From a virus (lineage: Duplodnaviria > Caudoviricetes): a stretch of DNA of 25,060 nt. Shown here in pieces: positions 15,955 to 24,914 of this stretch. Each line of letters begins with the position of its first letter. The first letter of the stretch is position 1. Under the pieces are notes generated by a model that saw only the letters and a program-made list of their open reading frames with translations, was not told the origin of the DNA and did no database searches. A program made the translations under genes and the position numbers. The stretch spans positions 1 through 25,060 of the IMG/VR virus record IMGVR_UViG_3300049173_000007, one strand, 5' to 3'.

Positions 15955-17289
15955 ATGGCTGTTTCTGATGCCCTTGTACGACTGGACAAGCAACTGGCGC
16001 TGGCTATTCCGGGGCTTGACCGCTTGGACAGGTACATGGAGGGCGAGCAGCCTCTGAAGTACATGGCGAAGGCCATGGAAGATGAGATTGGCGACCGCGT
16101 CCATCAGCTGATCATCAACATTCTCCGCTACGGTGCCGAAGCTTACGAGAATCGTCTCGACGTTGAGGGATTCCGTTACCGCGGGCAGTCGTCAAGCGAC
16201 GAAGAGCTGTGGCGGATGTGGCAGGCGAACGGGCTCGATGAGCAGTCGCAGCAGGGCCACCTTGATTCACTGGCGCTGAGTCGGACGTATGCGATTGTCG
16301 GTTCGGGGGATGATGACGGCGCGGACCCACTCGTGACGGTTGAGAGCCCGTTCCAGGTCTTCGCTGAGCGTGATCCTCGGACGCGCCGGGTGTCGGCTGC
16401 GATCAAGCGGTGGGCTGAGGGTGAGTCGAATGATCAGGTGCAGCGGGCGACGCTGTATCTGCCGAACTCGACGGAGTCTTTCGCGTTCTTCAGGGGCGCG
16501 TGGTGGTCTACTGGTCCGGCGGACGAGCACGAACTGGGACGCGTTCCGGTGGTGCCGCTGGTCAACAACCCGAGGATCCTGCGCCCGGACGGTCGTTCTG
16601 AGTTCTCTGACGTCATCTCGGTAGCTGACGCGCTGAACAAGATGGCCACGGACATGATGGTTAGCGGTGAGTACCACGCGATGCCGCGCCGGTGGGCTAC
16701 GGCGCTGACGGCCGCCGACTTTGTGGACAAGGACGGCAATCCGATCGGGGTTTGGTCCCGTGATGCCGGCCGACTGTGGGCGTCAGAGTCGAAGGAAACG
16801 AAGTTTGGCCAGTTCACCGAAACTGACCTTGCTGTATTCCACAATTCGATGAAGCTGCTGATCCAGATTGGTTCGCAGCTGTTGGCGCTCCCGCCGCATT
16901 ACACGAGCTTTGTTGGTGAGAATCCGACGTCGGCTGACGCGATCCGTTCCTCGGAGACGCAGCTGGTCAAGCGTGTTGAGCGGAAGCACACGTACTTGGG
17001 CGGCGCTTGGGAGGATGTGCAGCGCCTTGTGCTGCGATTCAAGAATGACAAGTGGGACGAGTCGGCGCTGGGCCTTGAAACCGTGTGGCGTGATCCTTCA
17101 ACGCCGACGGTAGCTCAGAAGGCTGACGCTGTCGTGAAACTGGTCCAGACGGGCGTCTTGCCCATCGAGCAGGCGCGTGAGGATCTGGGCTACACGCAGG
17201 AGCAGCGTAACCGCATGCTCGAGATGGACGCCAGGGCGAAGTCGAACCCTGACATTGCGAACCTGACAAGGGCCGTGAACGGGGGCTAG
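15955..17289 (+). CDS. Portal protein (SPP1 gp6-like)
   Basis: YMEGEQPL, RLDVEGF, WQANGLD, HELGRVPVV, GRSE, SADAIR, WRDP. RBS GGAGGG favours ATG 15955. Confidence 0.92.
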   Translation: MAVSDALVRLDKQLALAIPGLDRLDRYMEGEQPLKYMAKAMEDEIGDRVHQLIINILRYGAEAYENRLDVEGFRYRGQSSSDEELWRMWQANGLDEQSQQGHLDSLALSRTYAIVGSGDDDGADPLVTVESPFQVFAERDPRTRRVSAAIKRWAEGESNDQVQRATLYLPNSTESFAFFRGAWWSTGPADEHELGRVPVVPLVNNPRILRPDGRSEFSDVISVADALNKMATDMMVSGEYHAMPRRWATALTAADFVDKDGNPIGVWSRDAGRLWASESKETKFGQFTETDLAVFHNSMKLLIQIGSQLLALPPHYTSFVGENPTSADAIRSSETQLVKRVERKHTYLGGAWEDVQRLVLRFKNDKWDESALGLETVWRDPSTPTVAQKADAVVKLVQTGVLPIEQAREDLGYTQEQRNRMLEMDARAKSNPDIANLTRAVNGG

Positions 17290-17291
17290 CG

Positions 17292-18599
17292 ATGATCCCG
17301 GACGCCGCGGTTGCTCACTACAAGAAGATGCAGAGGATGCAGGCCCTTGTGGTCCTGGCTGGAGCTCAGCTCTGGTCGGAAGTTTCCCTGAACGATCTCT
17401 CCGGTTCGTGGGCGGCGCAGGTTCCGCTGCTGCTGCCCATTCTGACGGGAGTGCAGGTCAAGGCTGCGGCTGCCGGCGCCGAGTATGGCGCCGCGACTCT
17501 GGCAGAGCAGGGGCTGTACGAAGCCCCTGAGGTGTTCGTGAACCCGGAGGGGTTTGGCGGCTTCGCGTCCGACGGGCGTTCGCTTGCGGGCTTGCTCTAT
17601 GCTCCGGTGCCGCACACCAAGACTCTCATCGCGGGCGGGATGGACCCTCGCCAGGCAGTTGCGCAGGGTGGCAAGTTCCTGACAACTCTCACGCGCACGC
17701 AGGTGGCTGACGCTGGCCGCGTGGCGGCCGGGGTTGATACGGCGTCGCGGCAGTACGTCGGATATGTGCGGATGCTGAACCCTCCGTCGTGCTCTCGATG
17801 CTCGGTCTTGGCTGGCAGGTTCTACCGCTGGAACAACGGCTTCCGACGTCATCCGAAATGCGATTGCGTGCATGTCCAGACGACGATGACGGCCGCCGCC
17901 GAGACTGAAGGCCTTGTGCATGACCCGTACGAGTATTTCAAGTCGCTGTCTCCTGAGGAGCAGGACCGGACCTACACGAAGGCTGGGGCGCAGGCTATCC
18001 GAGACGGCGGTGACATCTTCCAAGTCGTCAACTCCCGCCGCGGGATCACTTACGCCGGCGAGTCCAAGGACGGTACGCGCCGGGGCCAGTCGGTCAAGGG
18101 TTCGTTCACGTCCGAGGGCACCACCAAGCGCGGGAACTTCCGGACCAGCAGCGGCGAACTGACGAAGGGCAAACGGCTCACACCCGAAGCCATCTACAAG
18201 CTGAACGGGAGCAACCGGGCCGCGGCACTCAAAGACCTTGAGAAGTACGGATACATCTTGCCAGGCGGCCAGAACCCGTTGGGCTCGATCACAGGACAGC
18301 GTGAGGGCTACGGGGCACTGGGGCATGGCGGATCGTACGGTGCCGCCCGCAAGCGGGTGGAAGACGCGATCACGTACGGCCGGCGCCCTGAGGTGCGCGC
18401 GACGATGACCGAGGCTGAGCGGCGCCTCTTCGATGCGAAGGCGCGCTGGGAGCTTGTGCAGCAAGGCGTCAACCCGTACTCGGCGCCGTCGATGACCCCG
18501 CGGGCGAAGGTGATGGGCTCCCCGCTCACACCGCAGATCGCCGCGCAGGTCGAGAAGGACTACCGCCGATGGGTTGCCACCGGCGGCCAGGTCTTCTAG
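17292..18599 (+). CDS. Minor head / MuF-like capsid morphogenesis protein
   Basis: YVRMLNPPSCSRCSVLAGR...RHPKCDC metal-binding motif. Lies between portal and scaffold. Confidence 0.75.
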   Translation: MIPDAAVAHYKKMQRMQALVVLAGAQLWSEVSLNDLSGSWAAQVPLLLPILTGVQVKAAAAGAEYGAATLAEQGLYEAPEVFVNPEGFGGFASDGRSLAGLLYAPVPHTKTLIAGGMDPRQAVAQGGKFLTTLTRTQVADAGRVAAGVDTASRQYVGYVRMLNPPSCSRCSVLAGRFYRWNNGFRRHPKCDCVHVQTTMTAAAETEGLVHDPYEYFKSLSPEEQDRTYTKAGAQAIRDGGDIFQVVNSRRGITYAGESKDGTRRGQSVKGSFTSEGTTKRGNFRTSSGELTKGKRLTPEAIYKLNGSNRAAALKDLEKYGYILPGGQNPLGSITGQREGYGALGHGGSYGAARKRVEDAITYGRRPEVRATMTEAERRLFDAKARWELVQQGVNPYSAPSMTPRAKVMGSPLTPQIAAQVEKDYRRWVATGGQVF

Positions 18600-18606
18600 G
18601 CCAACC

Positions 18607-18635
18607 CGTCCTGAGCAGACGACGTAAAACGGCTC
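18607..18635 (+). ncRNA. H-type pseudoknot in the scaffold gene leader
   Basis: Stem 1 CGTC/GACG (18607-10/18618-21). Stem 2 GAGC/GCTC (18613-16/18632-35). A-rich linker between them. Confidence 0.5.
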
Positions 18636-18730
18636 TCACTTTTCCCTGCGTGAACACTCCGCAGCGGGCAGCAAGGATTCCTTTCCGGGATGGATGAGGA
18701 AGCACAAAACGATCAGATCAGGAGGCCGTG

Positions 18731-19234
18731 ATGGCTGACGGAACAAACACCACCACCGATACGGACGCAGAGGCGGAAACGACCGACGCGACCGGCGGGA
18801 CGCAGACGACCGATGCGGACACCACTGAGGCGACCAGCCCTGAGGAAGTCGCACGGATCCGCGCTGCCCTGGCGAAGGCAAACAAAGAAGCTGAGACTGC
18901 GCGTCTCAAGCTGAAAGCTGCCGACGACGCGAAACTCTCTGAGATTGACAAGGCCAAGCGTGATGCTGCCGAAGCCACTCAGGAACTGACGAACCTCCGC
19001 CGCGACAGTCTCCGCCAGAAGGTGGCCCTCGATGCTGGCCTGCCAGCGAAGTGGGTAGGTCGCCTGCAGGGCGACAACGAGGAAGAGCTCGCGGCTGATG
19101 CTGCGGCGATCCTCGCTGATCTGAACAAAACCAAGAAGCCCGAACCGGACGCCTCCCAAGGTGCCCGGCAGACCGCGAAAGTCAGCGGTTGGGACGCGGG
19201 CAAGGCTGAGGCGCAGAAGCGCTTCGGCAAGTAA
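18731..19234 (+). CDS. Capsid scaffolding protein
   Basis: Acidic/Thr-rich N-terminus, coiled coil, RLQGDNEEELAADA and PDASQG motifs. AGGAGG RBS. Confidence 0.85.
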   Translation: MADGTNTTTDTDAEAETTDATGGTQTTDADTTEATSPEEVARIRAALAKANKEAETARLKLKAADDAKLSEIDKAKRDAAEATQELTNLRRDSLRQKVALDAGLPAKWVGRLQGDNEEELAADAAAILADLNKTKKPEPDASQGARQTAKVSGWDAGKAEAQKRFGK

Positions 19235-19263
19235 CAATCCACCCCTGAATAAGGAGCTCTACG

Positions 19264-19659
19264 ATGACCGACATCTCGGTTAGCAAGACCAACTACCAGA
19301 CGGAGAAGCTGTCCTGGCTTCTGGACCGCGGCGGATGGCAGATGGACAACATCACGTTGGACATCTCCGCGTTCACCGCCGGCACGCACTACCCCAACGG
19401 TTTCATCCCTTCGGGCACGAACCTCGGCAAGATCACGGCGACCAACCTGTACGGCCCGTACGACGACACTGCGGTTGACGGCCGCCAGGTCTTCGCAGGC
19501 CACCTGGGCATCTCCACAAAGGTCCCCAACACCGCTGACACCACGAAGGACGCAGGGGCCCCGCTCCTGTTCGCCGGCGTCGTGAAGACGTCCAAACTGC
19601 CCGCCGCCGTCGACACAGCCGGAAAGGCTGACGTCGCTGGCTGGATCCGCTACCTCTAA
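19264..19659 (+). CDS. Head decoration protein (lambda D-like)
   Basis: GFIPSGTNLGKITATNLYGPYD...DGR. Lies between scaffold and capsid. Confidence 0.8.
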   Translation: MTDISVSKTNYQTEKLSWLLDRGGWQMDNITLDISAFTAGTHYPNGFIPSGTNLGKITATNLYGPYDDTAVDGRQVFAGHLGISTKVPNTADTTKDAGAPLLFAGVVKTSKLPAAVDTAGKADVAGWIRYL

Positions 19660-19673
19660 GGGGATAGAACACC

Positions 19674-20711
19674 ATGATCGTATTTGATGGTCCGGTAACG
19701 CCGGACACCCTGACCGCATTCGTCCGCGAAGTTCCGACCCCCGCGAACTACGTCCTGGACCAGCTCCTGCCGAACGTCTACTTCGACAAGAACACCATCG
19801 ACGTATCCGAGCTGACCAAGACGAACCGGGCGGCCAAGTTCCGTGCGTTCGACGGCCGGATCCACCGCTCCGAGCGGGACACGCTGGAGGTCCGGACGGT
19901 CAAGCTGCCGCCCGTCTCCTCGATGAACGGACTCGGCGAACTCGAGCGCCTGAACCTGGAAGCCGCCCGGCAGAACGGTGGCTCCAACGCCGCCGTCATC
20001 AACCAGATCTACAACGACGCCGGCAACCTTACGGGCGAGATTCTCTCCCGCATGGAACTGGCCCGAGGTGACGTCCTCACGGACGGCAAGTTCACCCTTG
20101 CTGGCGAGAATGGCCTGTTCCTTGAGGCTGACTTCGGCGTTCCGGCTGGGCACATCGTTTCGGCCTCCACCGTGTGGTCCACGACCGCGACAGCCACCGT
20201 CATTGCGGACCTGACCGCGTGGGCCGACGTCTACGTTGCCACCAACGGCTTCCGCCCCGGCGGCATGGCGCTGAGCAACAAGACCGTGGGCTACATGCTC
20301 CGGAACGCTGAAGTGCGCACCCTCGCCGGTTCGCTGGCCGGCACCCCGGGCATTGTTTCCCGCCGGACCCTCGATGAGGTTCTGGACACGTTCGGTCTCC
20401 CCCCGATCCTGTTTGTCTACGACACCCAGGTCGACGTGGACGGAGCGTCCACCCGCGTTCTCCCTGAAGATCGTGTGCTGTTCGTTCCGCCGAACCCGTC
20501 CGACCTTGGCTACACGGCTTGGGGCGTCTCCGCGACTGCCCTGGAGCTCGTCAATGCCGCGAAGGTGGACTTCTCCTTCGAGCAGGCCCCGGGCATCGTC
20601 GGCGTGGTCATCAAGGACGGTCCCCCGTTCCGTGAGGAAACCTTCGTGGACGCTGTCGGCATGCCGATCCTGGCCAACCCGAAGCGACTCCTCGTCGCTG
20701 ACGTCTTCTAA
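19674..20711 (+). CDS. Major capsid protein (lambda E-like family)
   Basis: 345 aa. AKFRAFD, KLPPVS, SRMELARGDVLTDGK, DFGVP, VGMPILANP. Confidence 0.9.
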   Translation: MIVFDGPVTPDTLTAFVREVPTPANYVLDQLLPNVYFDKNTIDVSELTKTNRAAKFRAFDGRIHRSERDTLEVRTVKLPPVSSMNGLGELERLNLEAARQNGGSNAAVINQIYNDAGNLTGEILSRMELARGDVLTDGKFTLAGENGLFLEADFGVPAGHIVSASTVWSTTATATVIADLTAWADVYVATNGFRPGGMALSNKTVGYMLRNAEVRTLAGSLAGTPGIVSRRTLDEVLDTFGLPPILFVYDTQVDVDGASTRVLPEDRVLFVPPNPSDLGYTAWGVSATALELVNAAKVDFSFEQAPGIVGVVIKDGPPFREETFVDAVGMPILANPKRLLVADVF

Positions 20712-20722
20712 GGAGGCCAACG

Positions 20723-21004
20723 ATGGGAAAGCTGAACACCTTCGTTCACGTCCATGACGAGGACGGCGTCTCTCACGCCTTCGGCCCGGATGACACCTTG
20801 CCGGAATGGGCGGAAAAGCTCATCACCAATCCCGGCGTGTGGGCTGAGAAGCCTGAGGCCGAGTCGGATTCGGATGAGCTTCCGGAGGGCGACGTTACTG
20901 ACGCCTGGACCGTGAAGCAGCTGAAGGCGTACGCGAAGGCTGAGGACATTGACCTCGGCGACGCGAAGACCAAAGCGGACATCCTGTCCAAGATCGCTGA
21001 GTAG
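20723..21004 (+). CDS. Small post-capsid protein with HeH/Rho-N-like C-terminus
   Basis: FGPDDTLPEWAEKLITNP...WTVKQLKAYAK..IDL..AKTKADIL. Confidence 0.7.
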   Translation: MGKLNTFVHVHDEDGVSHAFGPDDTLPEWAEKLITNPGVWAEKPEAESDSDELPEGDVTDAWTVKQLKAYAKAEDIDLGDAKTKADILSKIAE

Positions 21005-21023
21005 TAGTTAGGTAGGGGACGTC

Positions 21024-21386
21024 ATGGCTGTAGCAGTTCTTCCCGAGGATGTTGCCGCAGGCTGGCGTCCCCTTACCGAGGCTGAAGTCATCGCGGCGAC
21101 TGGCCTCATAACTGAAGCCCAGATTATTCTCGGCGCCACGATAACCGACTTGGATTCCAAGTCCGGCGACCTGGTGAAGCTGGTCATCGCCAAGATGGTC
21201 CGCCGCGTGTTGAAGAACCCTGAGGGGTTCCGCATCAAGGACATGGGCATCGACGACTACCGCGAGGGCGGCACGGTCGACAGTTCTCTGTCCACCGGGG
21301 AGCTCTATGTCGCCGCAGAAGAGCTGCTGTGGTTGGGTGTTCGTCCAGTAGGCCGGGCGTTTGAGATCAGGCTTGGTGGATCGTGA
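21024..21386 (+). CDS. Head-to-tail adaptor
   Basis: WRPLT..E, MVRRVLKNPEG, IDDY, GELYV motifs. Confidence 0.82.
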   Translation: MAVAVLPEDVAAGWRPLTEAEVIAATGLITEAQIILGATITDLDSKSGDLVKLVIAKMVRRVLKNPEGFRIKDMGIDDYREGGTVDSSLSTGELYVAAEELLWLGVRPVGRAFEIRLGGS

Positions 21387-21778
21387 GCGCAGAAGCGCTG
21401 ACTCTCCGCGGCCGGGTCGAAGCGGAGGCTTTGATGGTCGACACCTGCCGGATCACCGAGGGCGGGGATGTGGTTACTGACCCGGAAACGGGCGACGTTA
21501 CCCGGCCCCGAACGACCGTGTATGAGGGGAAGTGCAAGGTCCAGTCGAAGGACTCGGCCGTGTCTTCCCCAAACGCGGGCGAGCATTCATTCACGGTCGT
21601 TTCCAGACAGGTCCATATCCCGGCTAACGCGGCGGATGTTCGGGACGGGCACGAGGTGGAGATCCTCACATCACGCCTGAATGCGTTCACGGTGGGGAAG
21701 GTGTACCGCGTGGATGGCTTCACGCCTGACAGCTTCGACACAGCCTTCCGGCTGCCGGTGAAGGAGGTTACCTCATGA
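21383..21778 (+). CDS. Head-to-tail stopper (DUF6093-like)
   Basis: GRVEAEALMVDTCRI...DPETG...VYEGKCKVQ. Confidence 0.8.
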   Translation: MSAEALTLRGRVEAEALMVDTCRITEGGDVVTDPETGDVTRPRTTVYEGKCKVQSKDSAVSSPNAGEHSFTVVSRQVHIPANAADVRDGHEVEILTSRLNAFTVGKVYRVDGFTPDSFDTAFRLPVKEVTS

Positions 21779-22179
21779 TCATCGACGGTTCCGGGTTTGA
21801 GAAGCTGGCCGGCGACATCCAGACCGAGGCCGACAGCTTTCACGGCGAGGTCGGAAAGGTGGTGTCCAAGGGTGCGCTGAACATCAAGCAGCAGATCAAG
21901 AAGGACTTCCGGGAATCGAGGCACTTCAGTAGTTCCAAGCCTGGCAACATCGCTTCGCAGGTCAGTTATAACCGGAAGGTCCTGGCCAACAGCGTGGAGG
22001 CGGAGATTGCCCCATTCGTTGATCAGGAGGGCTTCGGCTCTCTGGTGGGTATCGCAGTCCACGGCGGTTCCCGAGGCGGTGGTGGGACGGTTCCTGACCC
22101 ACTGCTGGCATTGAAGGCCGAGGAGCCCCAGTTCCTGGAGGCTCTGCTCGATCTGGCTGGCTCGGTGCTCGATGAGTAA
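21775..22179 (+). CDS. Neck / tail completion protein (HK97 gp10-like)
   Basis: KVVSKGALNIK pattern and synteny. Confidence 0.65.
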   Translation: MIIDGSGFEKLAGDIQTEADSFHGEVGKVVSKGALNIKQQIKKDFRESRHFSSSKPGNIASQVSYNRKVLANSVEAEIAPFVDQEGFGSLVGIAVHGGSRGGGGTVPDPLLALKAEEPQFLEALLDLAGSVLDE

Positions 22180-22579
22180 AGCCCACTACGACGCCTTCCA
22201 AGCACTCATGCCGGCCGGGCTGAAACTCCACCGAGGATCGGCCCCGGACAAGCTAACATCCGGCGATTACCCGTATGTGGTGATTGGCGGGAACGCCGGG
22301 GACGAAAGCACCGAGGCCTATGCCGGGGACAAGGATTCGCTGGATCTTCGGTACAAGGTCACGTACGCCGGCCTCACGTTCGACTCGGTCCTCATAACCA
22401 TCAAACGGGTCCGGGGCGCTGTCCTGAATGCCCGCCTGGTGGTGCCTGGATGGAGCACAACGGGCTTCACGCACTCGAACTTACTCGATGTCCGAACCGA
22501 CTTTGACGTGACTGTCCCTGACATCACTGTTCACCCCGTGTACGCGGTGGATGAATTCAGTGTCTTCTCCGGGCACTGA
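22172..22579 (+). CDS. Tail terminator
   Basis: YPYVVI motif, size, and position before the major tail gene. Confidence 0.7.
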   Translation: MSKAHYDAFQALMPAGLKLHRGSAPDKLTSGDYPYVVIGGNAGDESTEAYAGDKDSLDLRYKVTYAGLTFDSVLITIKRVRGAVLNARLVVPGWSTTGFTHSNLLDVRTDFDVTVPDITVHPVYAVDEFSVFSGH

Positions 22580-22640
22580 AACCTTCAAGTTCCATTCTGG
22601 CTCCCGCCTTGGGGGCCTTCCTCATTTAAGGAGGCCCACC

Positions 22641-22835
22641 GTGGCTACCGAAACACCGGCGGCTGAACCCGCCATCCCCGAGAAGGTCGAGGGCCGCAAG
22701 TACGACCCTCGGAAGTTCGTCTACGTCTACGACACGGTGACGGGCGACAAGCTCAACGACCCTGTCCCGGAAACCTGGCTCGATGGTCGGTTCCCGCAGC
22801 TCTCCCTCACCCCGTCCAAGAAAGCAGGCAAGTAG
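22641..22835 (+). CDS. Small hypothetical tail-region protein
   Basis: GTG start after AAGGAGG. FVYVYDTVTG...LTPS. Confidence 0.65.
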   Translation: MATETPAAEPAIPEKVEGRKYDPRKFVYVYDTVTGDKLNDPVPETWLDGRFPQLSLTPSKKAGK

Positions 22836-22838
22836 GCC

Positions 22839-23357
22839 ATGGGTCAGAAAATGCTTACCGACGCGAACCGTCGGCTCATCTTTGTTCCTTCCATTGCGAA
22901 CTACCACGCACCTGTCCTCGCATCACTGAGTGGTGTGGGCGTGATTGAACTGTCGTGCAACGTGACGGCCGCGAACTACGCGCTCGGCTCCACGGGTGAC
23001 GACGCGATCAACGACCCGTCCGCGTGCGCGTCCTCGAACTCCACCGTCCCGGGCCGCACCAACTACGAGGCAGCCTTCGACTTCTTCCGCTGGAAGGATG
23101 CACTCGACGACGTCGCCTACACCACGTTCACCGCGAAGGGCATCCACGGCTACCTGGTGGAGCGCATCGGCCAGATCGCTGACGGCGAGAAAGCCCATGA
23201 GGTCGCGTTCGCCACCGGCGACGAGGTCCGCGTGTTCGAGATCATCACCGGCACCCCGCAGGTGCTCTCTCCGTCCGGCGCCGGCTACGAGAAGTTCAAG
23301 ATCAACTTCTCCGTGCAGGACAAGGTCGACGAACGCGCCGTCGTAGGCGCGGCGTAA
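22839..23357 (+). CDS. Major tail (tube) protein
   Basis: FVPSIAN..AP, VPGRTNYE, GYLVERIG, GDEVRVF pattern of actinophage tail tube proteins. Confidence 0.85.
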   Translation: MGQKMLTDANRRLIFVPSIANYHAPVLASLSGVGVIELSCNVTAANYALGSTGDDAINDPSACASSNSTVPGRTNYEAAFDFFRWKDALDDVAYTTFTAKGIHGYLVERIGQIADGEKAHEVAFATGDEVRVFEIITGTPQVLSPSGAGYEKFKINFSVQDKVDERAVVGAA

Positions 23358-23363
23358 CAGGCA

Positions 23364-23402
23364 ACCGGCCGGTGGGTTTCTCCAAGGTTCCCACCGGCCG
23401 GT
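23364..23402. repeat. Perfect 13-bp inverted repeat after the major tail gene
   Basis: ACCGGCCGGTGGG-N13-CCCACCGGCCGGT with no U-tract. Confidence 0.8.
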
Positions 23403-23452
23403 GTTCCACCCAACCTTGCCCCCGAATCACAGAAAAACCTTGGAGGGTTTTC

Positions 23453-23707
23453 ATGTCCGAAAGACGCATCAACCTCGACACGCCTGTAATTCCGGATCCG
23501 CAGCGAATCGCGTGGATGGAAGCCAATGGCATCGACCCCTTCTCAGTTCCGGCGGCACAGGAAGTGCTCGTCACGGATCACGAGATCAAGTTCGTCCAGT
23601 TTGTGAGGTCTCCAGATGGGATCAAGAAGCTGAGCGCCGAAGGTGGCTACGAGAAAGAACTCGTGACTCTACCGCTCATCTCTGCACCCCAAAACCACGG
23701 ACTCTAG
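23453..23707 (+). CDS. Hypothetical protein
   Basis: MSERRINLD...WMEANGIDP. GGAGGG RBS. Confidence 0.7.
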   Translation: MSERRINLDTPVIPDPQRIAWMEANGIDPFSVPAAQEVLVTDHEIKFVQFVRSPDGIKKLSAEGGYEKELVTLPLISAPQNHGL

Positions 23708-23717
23708 GAGCCACGCA

Positions 23718-24371
23718 ATGACGACCAAAGAATTCAGCCTTGATAACTGGCTCGACGGCATCCAGCGCACGGAACGCTCCGTGACCCTCTACGCCCGGCC
23801 CGACCTGCTGGCCGACATCGACGAACTCGAAGCGCAGCAGCGCCAAGCCGGCGAGATCTCGGAAGAGGATCGTGCCGCCGGAGAGTCCACGGGCGGGAAG
23901 CTGCAGGAGAAAATCGACGCACTCTACATCGCCCTCGACGCGTCCAAGCAGGTGTTCCGGGTGTCCTTCCTCGACGACGAAGAGCAGAACGCAATCGAGT
24001 CCGCCGTGAAGGTGGAACTGAAGGACGAAGCTGACAAGGCAGCCGCAGCCGCACGCCGGGAAGCGAAGGACAAGTGCAAGCGGCTGGAGATCACCCAGGC
24101 GAACGACATCAACACCATCGCCCGCAACATGGCCAACGCCGCAGCAGACAAGGTCATCGAGCGCGAGGTGTCCATCCGGACCATCGCCGCCGCTGTAGTG
24201 TCCCCGCGTCTGTCCGTTGAGCAGGTTCGGAAGCTGTACACCAAGGTCGGTGACGCGCAGATAGCGCTGCTGTCCCAGGCGTACACACGGGCGTCGAACG
24301 AAGCGCCCCAGGTGACCGTCCCAAAATCGTTGAAGCCCTCGCCGACCGGCGATGGGCCCATGTCCTCCTAG
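23718..24371 (+). CDS. Tail assembly chaperone (G-like)
   Basis: Helical acidic protein before the tape measure gene. Contains an in-frame slippery site C CCA AAA at 24320-24326. Confidence 0.82.
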   Translation: MTTKEFSLDNWLDGIQRTERSVTLYARPDLLADIDELEAQQRQAGEISEEDRAAGESTGGKLQEKIDALYIALDASKQVFRVSFLDDEEQNAIESAVKVELKDEADKAAAAARREAKDKCKRLEITQANDINTIARNMANAAADKVIEREVSIRTIAAAVVSPRLSVEQVRKLYTKVGDAQIALLSQAYTRASNEAPQVTVPKSLKPSPTGDGPMSS

Positions 24372-24679
24372 AGGCCCGCACCGCGAGGGACTGGAAAGTC
24401 CCACAAACGGTAATGCGTGGCCGCCAGGATGACGGGAAGTGGACGTTCGCTGATCGGGTCATGGCCCTTGCCCTCACCGCATACGAGGACGGGCTATGCC
24501 CCGGCTGCGGGCTTCACCACTCGGTAACCCGCGGGGACCACAACGTCGGCCGGCACGAAGCAGACGACCAGGTCATCTGCGAAGGATGCGCCCCGATCGA
24601 AGCCAAGCAGTCGGACAAGAACCGGACCACGTTCCCGGGCCAGAAGATCGTCCTCCGCGAGGTGGACGGCTGGGACTAG
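24320..24679 (+). CDS. Tail assembly chaperone -1 frameshift extension (GT-like)
   Basis: The -1 frame is open from the slippery site (PKIVEALADRRWAHVLLEARTARDWKVP...CPGCG...CEGC) to TAG at 24679. Confidence 0.8.
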   Translation, partial: PKIVEALADRRWAHVLLEARTARDWKVPQTVMRGRQDDGKWTFADRVMALALTAYEDGLCPGCGLHHSVTRGDHNVGRHEADDQVICEGCAPIEAKQSDKNRTTFPGQKIVLREVDGWD

Positions 24680-24873
24680 CGGTTGGTTGCCCCGCGCTTC
24701 ACGTACCCGAGGATCGCCAGCAGGATCCCAATCACGACCAGCGCGAATGTCAAGGCGGGGTTTCCCGAGCCTCCTGACGCGAGGGCCATGAAGTAGATGA
24801 TCACGCCGACGACGGCGAGCATCGCGCCGAGTCCGATAAGGGCGTCGCCGGGCTTTTTTGTTTGTGCGCTCAT
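24676..24873 (-). CDS. Small two-TM membrane protein, antisense moron
   Basis: MSAQTKKPGD-ALIGLGAMLAVVGVIIYFMALA-SGGSGNP-ALTFALVVIGILLAILGYV-KR. Fills the gap between chaperone and tape measure. Confidence 0.75.
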   Translation of the reverse strand: MSAQTKKPGDALIGLGAMLAVVGVIIYFMALASGGSGNPALTFALVVIGILLAILGYVKRGATNR

Positions 24874-24914
24874 CCGTGCATCAAACCACAACTGGATCAA
24901 GATGGAGGGTCACC

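Noticed and set aside
24828-24863. + strand terminator before the tape measure gene (T-run)
   Set aside because: The stem is weak, and the T-run is explained by Lys codons of the antisense gene.
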